The position numbers were made by a program, and so were the translations under genes. A stretch of 64,000 bases of DNA from Octopus sinensis (lineage: Eukaryota): contig NC_043006.1 of NCBI RefSeq assembly GCF_006345805.1, positions 93,372,001 to 93,436,000 of the forward strand. The letters are read 5' to 3'. Positions 49,513-62,816 of this stretch are shown here, one piece after another; position 1 is the first letter of the stretch; each line of letters opens with the position of its first letter. Below the pieces are notes generated by a model. The model was given only the letters and a program-made list of their open reading frames with translations, was not told the DNA's origin and ran no database searches.

Positions 49513-52500
49513 TCATAGAATCATAGTCAAGGTGGCTTCGTCATTCATACGTGCCATCCTTGCTACATTCACCCATCTTTTTTTAAAACATTCACTAGAC
49601 AAAACTTGCCTCTCTACTCTCACTTTTTTCTTCAAGTGATACTTGAAGAAGTTGATGAGAGATTGACCAGAGAGGAAAGTGTTTGTCTCTAATCCTTTCA
49701 GACGCGTCCACCAGATACATTCTTTCGCCATAGCCACAAGTATGATAAAAATAGCTCTTCCTTCCCGTTTGAAGGAAGGAGGCGTGACGATATTAACGAT
49801 AGACTCGGCTGATAAACCGACACGTCCCACACGTGACAGCAGTCGTTCGATGTAAGCCACAGGTGGGAATTGCTGGACACTGCACGATTGCGTGCAGAGC
49901 GGTTTCGTCGCTCTGCCCGCATCTCGGGCAGGTCGGCCCCGTGTTTCTCGAGCCATGCCTATAGAGCTTATCCCGAACGGGTAGCGCTTCTCGGTAGCAC
50001 CGCCAGGCCAGGGATCTCTGGAAGTTGTCCATAGGTCCCGGGCCGAAAGTCGTTTGAAACAGGCGGGTCAGGTATTCCTCGTCGACGCCCAGGTTTGCCC
50101 CGAGCTCGTCGTCGTACCTCCCCTCCACTAATCCCCTATAGAATGCTTTGGTTGTGTTGAAGTCACTCAAGGTCGACCCGGACGGCAGAGTTGCTTGAGA
50201 GCAACGCGACACTCGCGGTGCCATTCGCCCTTCTTCGGCCTCTTTTTGATCCACGACTGTAGTTCGGTCATGGAGACGAGTTGCGGGAATGCGTGCCTCA
50301 CAAACGGCGACCACACCTGTTCACCGTCGTCTACATAGAGCCGGAGATGTCGCAGTCTCAGCGCGTGTCTGCGCATCATCAACCACGGCATGCCCAGCCC
50401 TCTTTTAACGGGTGTTGACAGCAAATGGATCGCCTGACCATCGGGACGCATCCTTTCCACAAGAAGCGGAAGAGGACGTTCTAGTTTGGTGATGGTAGGG
50501 TCGGGACAAGGTACGACGGTCAGGCGGTAGTAGATGACGGACGCGATGTACGCGTTCACCACCTCCGCCCGACCTTTTAGGGACAGTTTCTCTCGGCCCA
50601 TTGCTGGGCGAGAGTGACCACCCTACTCGTCATCTCGTTCCAGTTCTTCTCCATTTGGGTCCGGACCGAACCAGACCCCGAGCAACTCAACCGGGCCGTC
50701 TGTCCAGCGTCCCACGACGGAGGTACTGGTGGACGGCATGGGTTTGCGCTTCTCCAGGTGCCGAGCCGCAAGCCCACTGACTTTTCCCGGTTGATTTTTG
50801 CTCCTGTCACCGCTTCGTAGTCTTTCAGTGTCCCGCCGACCCGCTCGATGTGCTCGTGGCTTGACACTATGACGGTGACGTCGTCCGCGTATGCAGACAC
50901 GCTCGTCCCGCATCCTAATTCTCGCGGGATGCCCCTCAGAGTCGCCAGCTTCCGCAGTAGTGGCTCAAGAGTCAATACGTATAGAAGCGCCGAGAGGGGG
51001 CATCCCTGACGGACCGAACGTGCAATGTCGAAGGGTCTCGATAGATGTCCATTTACGCGAACTACCGAGCGGATGCCTCTGTACAAGGCAGCTATCCAGC
51101 CGCGGAAGACGGGACCGAAACCAGCCGCTCTCAGGACTGCCTCCAAGTATCGATGGTCTACCCTATCAAAGGCTTTCGATTGATCCAAGTTGATCAGGGC
51201 CCCACCCATGCCAGGTTCGTTAACTACCCTGTCTATGATGTAGCGCATCAGATGGAGGTTGTCATGGATGCTCCGGCCCGGCACGGCGCACGTTTGTGCG
51301 TTGTCGACCAGTTTCTCCATGACAAGCGCCAACCTCTTGGCTAACACCTTTGTCGAAATTTTCAGGTCTGCATTGAGCAGAGTGATTGGCCTAAAGTTAT
51401 CTATAATGTTTCCCTTGTTTGGATCTTTCTTCAGCAGAGTTACAGCTCCTCGACTCACAAAACCGGGTATGCTCCCGTTTTGCTGCCAGTTGCAGTATAC
51501 CGCTGCCAAGACGTCTCCAACAAGTCTGGCATACAATAGTAAAATTCGTAGGGCAGACCATCCAAACCCGGTGATTTGTCCCTCGAGCATTCTGCCATCG
51601 CTTCCCGCACTTCCGCCGCCGTGATGGCACCTTCGCAGCACCCTGCCTTTCTTGTCGAGAGTCGTGGAAGGCTATGTAGGTAGGCACTGAAGTCTACCCT
51701 ACGTTCTTGCCCTCCACTCGTCCGAACAGTCGGGCAAAATGCTGCTGAAAGGCCTCACACATTTTACTTGGCTCGAGCAATTCGCGCCCCTGTTCATCTA
51801 CCAGTGACCGAATGGTGGCTTTGTTGCCCTGTTGCGCCTCTGCCACCCGGGCCTCTCTCGCGGCTCCAACACCTTCGTTCCTTAGAGCACGCATCCTAGC
51901 TCTGACAGCACATCCTTCGTGTTTGGCGTTGAAGTGTTGGTCGAGGGCCAACCTCGCCGCCAAAACGTCGGATGCGATGCCGCTTCTAATTGCCTCTTCT
52001 AGCTTCTTAACTAGCTCACCCTCTACTCTATTTCTATCTATGGCTAGTGCTTTGCTGTACCTATCGCTTCTGCTTTTACTGCTCTCTTGAGGGCAAACCA
52101 CCATTTGTTGTTGATGATGGCTCCCGTCAAAGCCCCTCTTACTAGTGTGCTAATCCGGTCTCTGAAAACTTGTCTGGACGGGAATGATGCGTTCAGTTTC
52201 CAGTACCCAGGACCCTGTCTATGTGCCTATCTAAGTCTAGCGTACACGTCACCAATTTGTGATCCGTGTAGCTGACTTGTGGAATTGTGGACATCCTAAG
52301 TTATCCTTGTCTACTGTCCTACACAGTATCCTATCTAGATACGATCTCGACGACCCCTGCGGTTGCTCCATGTCCACGTTGGTGCATTTGGGTGGTCGAG
52401 TCGGTACCTGTCAGACAGTTGGAATCGTCTGAGCAGGTCTCTGAGGCATTTGCATCCCCTTCTGTTTCTGTCTCTACCCACGTAGTCTACATGCGTGTCC

Positions 52501-52935
52501 AAGGTAGCATTCCAATCCCCCACTAAGAGTAAAGGACGAGACGTCCCAAGAATACTTCTAGACGTCGAAAGAAATCCGCCCGACCTGTTAAGGGCGGTGC
52601 GTAGACTGATACGAGTCGAAAAGCGCACCCATTGCTGCCGTCAACATCCAGAACGATCAGTCTACCCTCCGGGTCTACGAATATCGTCTTGACTTCGAGA
52701 TCCAGGCTCTTGTGAAAAAGTACCGCGGTGCCACTACCGCCCACCTCGGCAGACAGGGAGCGAAATAAATGTTAAACTGTCCGCCAAACATGGACTTTAG
52801 GGCCCGTGGCTCGTGGAGTCTGGTCTCACTTATGGCTATGATTCCCAAATCATGTGACTTGATGTCATTTAGGAGGTATCCTTGTTTCCAAGGAGACCCC
52901 AAGCCACGCGCATTCACACAACCAATCTTGACCAT
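49513..52935 (-). CDS. ORF2 (APE + RT + CCHC), subfamily B, frameshifted in assembly
   Basis: MVKIGCVNARGLG start at 52935; [51 protein letters not shown]; ...LTMIL* at 49513. Confidence 0.9.
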
Positions 52936-52985
52936 GATTCTATTGGGGTGTGTGCTTTAAAACACACAAATGAAAGTACAGAGAG

Positions 52986-55085
52986 TTACTTACTTGTGTC
53001 GAAAGTTTTGGCTTCCTCGTTCTTTGATGTGTCTTCGAGGAGGTTTCTATATATTTTTGGGACAGATATTTCTGGAACCCCCTACAGCATTTGGGAAGAG
53101 GGCTTTGAGTTTGTGGTGTTGTGTTTGTGTGATGTGTAGTATTTTGATGTGTTTGGGTGGTGTAGTGCGTGGATGATTGCTATTTTTAAAAGTCATCTTC
53201 ACAAATGTTTGTGATCCTGTGATGTACTCCATTAGTTTGGAGTCTTTGTGTCTATCGCTGATAGCATTGTTTTTGTGGTGTCGGTGCTTGTTTTGTTGTG
53301 TATGGAGTTTTCAGGGTTCAGGTATCTCCCTGCTTTGGTTGCGATTTCTTGTTTGGTTTTCTTGATCTTTTTCTTTTACCCCTGTGGCTATTTGCCATTC
53401 TGTCGAACTTTCATCGTTAGATGAAAAGTCTGACGAATCAGCAGGGGGCAAGGGTAAGCGTCTGGGTGTGTTTGTGCGGTTGTAGATATTGTTGTGGTGC
53501 GCGGGGAGGATGTTGCTGGGGGGTTTGTTGTGGTTATTGTCTCTCCTACATCCTTGGTGCTTGTCTTCTTCGTTGTTATTCTTGGTGTTGGAATTGGTTT
53601 ATTTGTTGTTGTGGTGATGATTCTGTTCTTGGCGCTGGTGTTGGTGTTGTTTGGTTGGTTGGTTTGTTCTTTGTTGTTTTTCCTGCATTTCCGCATACAG
53701 CTTCTTGACTAGCTGTCCATATTGTGGTGTGGGCAATAATCCTGGCTTTTGTGATTTTTCCTGTGGCTGTTGTTGTTGTTGTAATTTTGCGGCAGATTTG
53801 CACTCCTTTTTGAGGTGTGCCTCACTGCCACATGTATAGCATCGTGGCCTTCTGCCCTCGACTACTACGTATAACTTGCGGCCATCCTCAAGATGTACGT
53901 GGGTGGGGATTTTATTTATGTCCTCTTGACTTATGTGAAGAGGAACTCTATTCTCTTTCCCAGCCAGTCCTTGTTTTCCGAAACACCGATATCTAGGATG
54001 TTTATGTCCTCCATTTCGGATGTTACGGCGGATTAATCCACAGTGTTGTAGTCACTTGGGGGACACCACTGATAATGACTTTCGTCACCTTCTGCCGAGG
54101 TAACTCGGTGTCAACGTTAGTTCATCAGAATGAAGGGTTATCGTTGAGAATTTCTTCGCCAACTCTTCATTCTGAAAAACCCCTGTACGTGTGCGAACTT
54201 GTTCGCCCAAGTCACACAATCCTTGTATCCCCAGATGGGGCGTAAGCACTTTTCGACTTTGTCTGTGCTTGCCTTTCTGGACTTTTTGTTTTTTTATTTG
54301 TGATTTTATATACAATTGTCTTTTTTTCTCCTCATTCAGTATGTGCTGAGGTATGTGTAAGAGTATTTTTCGTTTTTGATTTGTAATAAGGTTCTTCTGC
54401 AATCTTTAATCTGTGTGTAGTAAACGAAACTTTTGTTACCTTTTCTTTTATCGCCTCGGCGAAGTTTGTTGTTGTTTTGTTATTGTTGTTACTGTTGATG
54501 TTGATGGCAGGGTGTGGGTTGTAGGTTTGTGGTTGCTGATTATGCAACTAGCAAGGGGTGGAAAATTGCCTGCGTAATTTAGTCCTGCATTAGCGCAAAT
54601 TTCGGCATTTCGTTTGCTTGTCGTCGTTATTTTTTCACTTGTTGGTGATGGAGTGAGCAGTGGTTGAAGGGAATTGTTGTGTCGTCGTCGTCGTTGTTGT
54701 TGTTGTTGTTGTTTGTGTTGTTGTTGTTATGTCGTTCTTGGTGACGGCGTGGTGTTAGTAGTATTAGTAGCATTGACGGCACGGTCTTTGGTGGCGGTGA
54801 TGGTGATGTTGGTATTGTTATTGTGGCGACGTCTTTAGTAGGGATAGCAGTTTTAGTAGCAGATTCTGCCATGGTGTTGTTGTCGGTGTTGTTGGGTGTG
54901 GTGGTGGACTCCACTGATGGTGTTGACGGTGCTTGGCCTTGCGACCTTTGTTTTGTATTTGTTGCTGTTGTCGATGTTGATGGTGGCGGAGTTGTCAGGT
55001 TCAGCGTAAGGTAACAGAGCATCCTGTTTTTCTGCCTCTGCGTCACGTTGACTTGCACCTCAGCCTCGTGGTGACCAGTGGCCAT
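52986..55085 (-). CDS. ORF1 subfamily B (CCHC knuckle), frameshifted
   Basis: MATGHH start at 55085; CYTCGSEAHLKKEC at 53800-53841; C-terminus NLLEDTSKNEEAKTFDTSK*. Confidence 0.8.
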
Positions 55086-55335
55086 TTTGGAAATAAAATG
55101 GCTAAATGAAACCAGAAGGCTATGAGAATTTTTTCTTTTAAATTTTGCTCACAAGGGGCAAAATTTTGTGTAGATATTTATCAAAGGTTTACAGTGGATG
55201 TTGTTGCACAACTTTTAAACACAAAATATTTCACAATAAATAATTTTCAACGTACAAAATGACCAACTTACGTGGAGCCCATTTGACTAGCGTCCGTCCG
55301 TCCGGTAGGTAGATAGATAGATAGATAGATAGATA

Positions 55336-55493
55336 TGTTTCTTTATTAGCCACACAGGGCTGCACACAGATAGAACAAATTACAAGGTAGAGCTTTTCTT
55401 TTGAAGGTTTAAAAAAAAAAAAAAAGGAAGGGGGAGTTTCGATCAAAAGGGATCGTAAAAGGAGAGAAAGAGGACAAAAAGAAGGGGGGGGGG

Positions 55494-55524
<31 letters not shown>

Positions 55525-57735
55525 AGAGGAAAAAAATTTGATCAATAGGGATCGTTATCACAGAAATGTCAATATGAAGTGTAAAGGGGAGGACAGGTGA
55601 GTTTACCCGTGGAAAGAAAAGCCTACGAAAAGACACGGTAACCTCGGTCAATGAAGTCACATTTTATATTTCTTTTTTTTTTTTTTTTTTTTGCAAATAA
55701 GCACTCTCTGTTTTCGATTTCTGGGTTCATAGGACTATGCTCAGGTGGCTTCGTCATTCATACGTGCCATTCTTGCTACATTCACCCATCTTTTTTTTAA
55801 AAACATTCGCTAGACAAAACTTGCCTCTCTACTCTCACTTTCCTTTTCAAGTGGTACTTGAAGAAGTTGATGAGAGATTGACCAGAGAGGAAAGTGTTTG
55901 TCTCCAATCCTTTCAGACGCGTCCACCAGATACATTCTTTCGCCATAGCCACAAGGATGATGAAAATAGCTCTTCCTTCCCGTTTGAAGGAAGGAGGCGT
56001 GACAATATTGACGATAGACTCAGCTGATAAACCGACTCGTCCCACACGTGACAGCAGTTGTTCGACATAAGCCCACAGGTCGGAAATTGTTGGACACTGA
56101 ACGAGTGCGTGCAGAACGGTTTCGTCGCTCTGACCGCATCTCGGGCAGGTCGGCCCCGTGTTTCTCGAGCCGGTCTGTAGAGCTTATCCCGAACGGGTAG
56201 CGCTTCTCGGTAGCACTGCCAGGCCAGGGATCTCTGGAAGTTGTCCATGGCCCTGCCCGAAAGTCGTCCCGAACAGGCGGGTCAGGTACTCCTCGTCGAC
56301 GTCCAGGTTCGCCCCGAGCTCGTCGTCGTACCTCCCCTCCACTAAACCCCTATAGAATGCTTTGGTTGTGTTGAAGTCACTTAAGGTCGACCCAGGACGG
56401 CAGAGTTGCTTGAGAGCAACGCGACCTCGCGGTGCCATTCGCCCTTCCTCGGCCTCTTTTTGATCCACGACTGCAGTTCGGTCATGGAGACGAGCTGCGG
56501 GAAAGCGTGCCTCACAAACGGCGACCACACCTGTTCACCGTCGTCTACATAGAGCCAGAGATGTCGCAGTCTCAGCGCGTGTCTGCGCATCATCAACCAC
56601 GGCATGCCCAGCCCTCCTTTTAACGGGTGTTGACAGCAATAGATCGCCTGACCATCGGGACGCATCCTTTCCACAAGAAGCGAAAGAGGATGCGTTGTAG
56701 TTTGGTGATGGTAGGGTCGGGACAAGGTACGACGGTCAGTCGCGGTATTAGATGACGGACGCGATGTACGTGTTCGCCACCTCCGCTCGACCTTTTAGGA
56801 CAGTTTCCTCTCGGCCCATTGCCGGGCGAGAGTGACCACCCTACTCGTTCTCATTATCTCGTTCCAGTTCTTCTCCACTTGGAGGTCCGGACCGAACCAG
56901 ACCCCGAGCAACTCAACCGGGCCGTCGGTCCAGCGTCCCACGACGGAGGCCGCTGGTGGACGGCATGGGCTTGCTTCTCCAGGTGCCTAGTCGCAAGCCC
57001 ACTGACTTTTCCCGGTGATTTTCGCTCCTGTCACCGCTTCGTAGTTTTTCAGTGTCTCGCCGACCAGCTCGATGTGCTCGTGGCTAGACACTATGACGGT
57101 GACGTCGTCCGCGTATGCAGACACGCTCGTCCCTCATCCCAATTCTCGCGGGATGCCCCTTAGAGTCCCAGCTTCCGCAGTAGTGGCTCAAGAGTCAATA
57201 CGTATTAGAGCGCAGAGAGGGGGCATCCCTGACCGACCGAACGTGCAATGTCGAAAGGTCTCGATAGATGTCCATTTACGCGAATTACCGAACGGATGCC
57301 TCTGTATGCAGCTATCCAGCCGCGGAAGACGGGACCGAAACCAGCCGCTCTCAGGACTGCCTCCAAGTATCGATGGTCTACCCTATCAAAGGCTTTCGAT
57401 TGATCCAAGTTGATCAGGGCCCCACCCATGCCAGGTTCGTTAACTACCTGGTCTATGATGTAGCGCATCAGATGGAGGTTGTCATGGATGGTCCGGCCTG
57501 GCACGGCGCATGTTTGCGCCTTGTCGACCAGTTTCTCGATGACAAGCGCCAACCTCTTGGCTAGCACCTTGGCCAAAATTTTCAAGTCTGCATTAAGCAG
57601 AGTGATGGGCCTAAAGTTATCTATTACATTTCCCTTGTTTAGATCTTTCTTCAGCAGTGTTACGGCTCCTCGGCTCACAAAACCAGGAATGCTCCCGTTT
57701 TGCTGCCAGTTGCAGTACACCGCCGCCAAGAGATC

Positions 57736-57736
<1 letters not shown>
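55336..57736 (-). mobile_element. Tx1-like LINE copy 5 (A-type), 5'-truncated ~2.4 kb
   Basis: 3'UTR + RT (stop 55727); junction ...GCCAAGAGATCT|AGATAGAT. Confidence 0.95.
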
Positions 57737-57782
<46 letters not shown>

Positions 57783-57811
57783 GTAGATAGATTGATAGGT
57801 AGGTAGGTAGG

Positions 57812-57866
<55 letters not shown>

Positions 57867-57935
57867 GTAGGTAGGTAGGTAGATAGATAGATAGATAGAT
57901 AGGTAGATAGATACATAGGTAGGTAGGTAGGTAGG

Positions 57936-57982
<47 letters not shown>

Positions 57983-57995
57983 GTAGGTAGGTAGG

Positions 57996-58034
<39 letters not shown>

Positions 58035-58111
58035 GTAGATAGATAGATAGGTAGGTAGGTAGGTAGATAGATAGATAGATAGATAGACAGATAGATAGGT
58101 AGGTAGGTAGG

Positions 58112-58142
<31 letters not shown>

Positions 58143-58171
58143 GTAGATAGATAGATAGGTAGGTAGGTAGG

Positions 58172-58217
<46 letters not shown>
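57737..58217 (+). repeat. ~480 bp (GATA)n/(GGTA)n tract with higher-order pattern
   Basis: Direct reading. Confidence 0.95.
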
Positions 58218-58525
58218 TGTTTCTTTATTAGCCACACAGGGCTGCACACAGATAGAACAAATTACAAGGTAGAGCTTTTCTTTTGAAGGTTTAAAAAAAA
58301 AAAAAAAAAGGAAGGGGGAGTTTCGATCAAAGGGATCGTAAAGGAGAGAAAGAGGACAAAAAGAAGGGGGGGTTAAAAAAAAAAAAGGGGAGAGGAAAAA
58401 AAATTGATCAATAGGATCGTTATCACAGAAATGTCAATATGAGTGTAAGGGAGGACAGGTGAGGTTTACCCGTGAAAGAAAAGCCTACGGAAAAGACCAC
58501 GGTAACCTCGGTCAATGAAGTCACA
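58218..58525 (-). mobile_element. Tx1-like LINE copy 6, 3'UTR only (308 bp)
   Basis: Same 3' end; ends GAAGTCACA|GATAG. Confidence 0.93.
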
Positions 58526-58581
58526 GATAGATAGATAGATAGGTAGATAGATAGATAGGTAGGTAGGTAGGTAGATAGATA

Positions 58582-58620
<39 letters not shown>

Positions 58621-58621
58621 G

Positions 58622-58674
<53 letters not shown>

Positions 58675-58701
58675 GTAGATAGATATAGGTAGGTAGGTAG
58701 G

Positions 58702-58739
<38 letters not shown>
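58526..58739 (+). repeat. (GATA)n/(GGTA)n tract
   Basis: Direct reading. Confidence 0.95.
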
Positions 58740-61700
58740 TGTTTCTTTATTAGCCACACAGGGCTGCACACAGATAGAACAAATTACAAGGTAGAGCTTT
58801 TCTTTTGAAGGTTAAAAAAGAAAAAAAAAAAAAAAAGGAAGGGGGGGTTTCGATCAAAAGGGATTGTAAAAGGAGAGAAAGAGGACAAAAAAAAGGGGGG
58901 GTTAAAAAAAAAAAAAAAAAAAAAAGGGGAGAGGAAAAAAAATGATCAATAGGGATCGTTATCACAGAAATGTCAATATGAAGTGTAAAGGGGAGGACAG
59001 GTGAGGTTTACCCGTGGAAAGAAAAGCCTGCGGAAAAGACCACGGTAACCTCGGTCAATGAAGTCACATTTTATATTCTTTTTTTTTTTTTTTTTTTGCA
59101 AATAAGTAACTCTCTGTTTTCGATTTCTGGGTTCATAGGACTATGCTCAAGGTGGCTTCGTCATTCATACGTGCCATTCTTGCTACATTCACCCATCTTT
59201 TTTTAAAACATTCGCTAGACAAAACTTGCCTCTCTACTCTCACTTTCCTTTTCAAGTGGTACTTGAAGAAGTTGATGAGAGATTGACCAGAGAGGAAAGT
59301 GTTTGTCTCCAATCCTTTCAGACGCGTCCACCAGATACATTCTTTCGCCATAGCCACAAGGATGATGAAAATAGCTCTTCCTTCCCGTTTGAAGGAAGGA
59401 GGCGTGACAATATTGACGATAGACTCAGCTGATAAACCGACTCGTCCCACACGTGACAGCAGTTGTTCGACATAAGCCCACAGGTCGGAAATTGTTGGAC
59501 ACTGAACGAGTGCGTGCAGAACGGTTTCGTCGCTCTGACCGCATCTCGGGCAGTCGTCCCCCCGTGTTTCTCGAGCCGTGTCTGTAGAGCTTATCCCGAA
59601 CGGGTAGCGCTTCTCGGTAGCACTGCCAGGCCAGGGATCTCTGGAAGTTGTCCATGGGCCCTGGCCCGAAAGTCGTCCCGAACAGGCGGGTCAGGTACTC
59701 CTCGTCGACGTCCAGGTTCGCCCCGAGCTCGTCGTCGTACCTCCCCTCCACTAAACCCCTATAGAATGCTTTGGTTGTGTTGAAGTCACTTAAGGTCGAC
59801 CCAGGACGGCAGAGTTGCTTGAGAGCAAAGCGACACTCGCGGTGCCATTCGCCCTTCCTCGGCCTCTTTTTGATCCACGACTGCAGTTCGGTCATGGAGA
59901 CGAGCTGCGGGAAAGCGTGCCTCACAAACGGCGACCACACCTGTTCACCGTCGTCTACATAGAGCCAGAGATGTCGCAGTCTCAGCGCGTGTCTGCGCAT
60001 CATCAACCACGGCATGCCCAGCCCTCCTTTTAACGGGTGTTGACAGCAAATGGATCGCCTGACCATCGGGACGCATCCTTTCCACAAGAAGCGAAAGAGG
60101 ATGCGTTGTAGTTTGGTGATGGTAGGGTCGGGACAAGGTACGACGGTCAGGCGGTAGTAGATGACGGACGCGATGTACGTGTTCGCCACCTCCGCTCGAC
60201 CTTTTAGGGACAGTTTCCTCTCGGCCCATTGCCGGGCGAGAGTGACCACCCTACTCGTTATCTCGTTCCAGTTCTTCTCCACTTGGAGGTCCGGACCGAA
60301 CCAGACCCCGAGCAACTCAACCGGGCCGTCGGTCCAGCGTCCCACGACGGAGGCGCTGGTGGACGGCATGGGCTTGCTTCTCCAGGTGCCTAGTCGCAAG
60401 CCCACTGACTTTTCCCGGTTGATTTTCGCTCCTGTCACCGCTTCGTAGTTTTTCAGTGTCTCGCCGACCAGCTCGATGTGCTCGTGCTAGACACTATGAC
60501 ACGGTGACGTCGTCCGCGTATGCAGACACGCTCGTCCCGCATCCCAATTCTCGCGGGATGCCCCTTAGAGTCGCCAGCTTCCGCAGTAGTGGCTCAAGAG
60601 TCAATACGTATAGAAGCGCAGAGAGGGGGCATCCCTGACGGACCGAACGTGCAATGTCGAAAGGTCTCGATAGATGTCCATTTACGCGAATTACCGAACG
60701 GATGCCTCTGTACAAGGCAGCTATCCAGCCGCGGAAGACGGGACCGAAACCAGCCGCTCTCAGGACTGCCTCCAAGTATCGATGGTCTACCCTATCAAAG
60801 GCTTTCGATTGATCCAAGTTGATCAGGGCCCCACCCATGCCAGGTTCGTTAACTACCCTGTCTATGATGTAGCGCATCAGATGGAGGTTGTCATGGATGG
60901 TCCGGCCTGGCACGGCGCATGTTTGCGCCTTGTCGACCAGTTTCTCGATGACAAGCGCCAACCTCTTGGCTAGCACCTTGGCCAAAATTTTCAAGTCTGC
61001 ATTAAGCAGAGTGATGGGCCTAAAGTTATCTATTACATTTCCCTTGTTTAGATCTTTCTTCAGCAGTGTTACGGCTCCTCGGCTCACAAAACCAGGAATG
61101 CTCCCGTTTTGCTGCCAGTTGCAGTACACCGCCGCCAAGAGATCTCCAAACAAGTCTGGCATACAATTGTAAAGCTCGTAGGTAGACCATCCAAACCCGG
61201 TGATTTGTCCCTCGAGCATTCTGCCATCGCTTCCCGCACTTCCGCCGCCGTGATGGCACCTTCGCAGCACCCTGCCTTTCTTGTCGAGAGTCGTGGTAGG
61301 CTATGTAGGTAGGCACTGAAGTCCACCCTACGTTCTTGCCCTCCACTCGTTCCGAACAGTCGGGCAAAATGCTGCTGAAAGGCCTCACACATTTTACTTG
61401 GCTCGAGCAATTCGCGCCCCTGTTCATCTACCAGTGACCGAATGGTGGCTTTGTTGCCCTGTTGCGCCTCTGCCACCCGGGCCTCTCTCGCGGCTCCAAC
61501 ACCTTCGTTCCTTAGAGCACGCATCCTAGCTCTGACAGCACATCCTTCGTGTTTGGCGTTGAAGTGTTGGTCGAGGGCCAACCTCGCCGCCAAAACGTCG
61601 GATGCGATGCCGCTTCTAATTGCCTCTTCTAGCTTCTTAACTAGCTCACCCTCTACTCTATTTCTATCTATGGCTAGTGCTTTGCTGTACCTAATCGCTT

Positions 61701-62757
61701 CTGCTTTTACTGCTCTCTTGAGGGCAAACCACCATTTGTTGTTGATGATGGCTCCCGTCAAAGCCCTCTTTACTAGTGTGCTAATCCGGTCTCTGAAAAC
61801 TTGTCGATGGGAAAGACGCGTTTTAGTTTCCAGTATCCGGGACCCTGCCTAAGTGTCTTACCTAAGTCTAGCGTACATGTCACAAGTTTGTGATCCGTGT
61901 AGCTGACTATGTGGAATTGTGGACATCCTATGCTATCTCTATCTACTGTCCTACACAGTATCCTATCTAGATACGATCTCGACGACCCGATGCGGTTGCT
62001 CCATGTCCACGTTGGCGCATTCGGGTGGTCTAGTCGGAACCTGTCAGACAGTTGAAAGCGTCTGAGCAGGTCTCTGAGGCATTTGCATCCCCGTCTATTC
62101 CTATCTCTACCCACGTAGTCTACATGCGTGTCTAAGGTAGCATTCCAATCCCCCACTAAGAGTAAAGGACGAGACGTTCCCAAGAAAACTTCTAGACGTT
62201 GAAAGAAATCCGCCCGACCTGTTAAGGGCGGTGCGTAAACTGATACGAGTCGAAAAGCGCACCCATTGCTGCCGTCGACATCCAGGACGACCAGTCTACC
62301 CTCCGGGTCTACGAATATTGTCCTTACATTGAGATCCAGACTCTTGTGAAAAAGTACCGCGGTGCCACTACCGCCCATTCTCGGCAGACAGGGGGAAAAA
62401 TAAATGTTGAACTGTCCGCCAAATTGGTCTTTAGGGCCCGCGGATTGTGGAGTCTGGTCTCGCTTATGGCTATGATTTCTAACTTATGTGACTTTATGTC
62501 ATTTAAGAGGTACCCTTGTTTCCAAGGGGACCCCAAGCCACGCGCATTTACACAACCAACCTTGATCATAGTTCTAATGAATTAGAATACAGAGGGTTAC
62601 TTACTGCTCGAAAGTTTTTGCTTTCTCCTCCGTTGGTTTGTCCTCGAGAAGATCCCAGTACAGTTTCTTTGTGAGATATTTTTGGCATTTACCAACCGCA
62701 CTGGGGAAAATGCCTTTGAGTGTGTGGTGCAGACTTTTGGAGATGTGTAATATTTTG
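58740..62757 (-). mobile_element. Tx1-like LINE copy 7 (A-type), 5'-truncated ~4.0 kb, complete ORF2 span
   Basis: Truncated in the ORF1 3' end (TAATATTTTG|GAGATAGAT). Confidence 0.95.
59133..62569 (-). CDS. ORF2 (APE + RT + CCHC), ~1145 codons, frameshifted in assembly
   Basis: MIKVGCVNARGLG at 62569 to ...LSIVL* at 59133; all catalytic motifs are present across the ORF pieces. Confidence 0.9.
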
Positions 62758-62758
62758 G

Positions 62759-62816
<58 letters not shown>

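Larger units (their letters stand above)
49079..55299 (-). mobile_element. Tx1-like LINE copy 4 (subfamily B), full length ~6.2 kb
   Basis: Same termini as copy 2; diverged ORF1 and moderately diverged ORF2. Confidence 0.95.

Noticed and set aside
54110-54135. CTGATGA on the minus strand in ORF1-B
   Set aside because: Encodes HSDEL; no downstream GAAA or stems.
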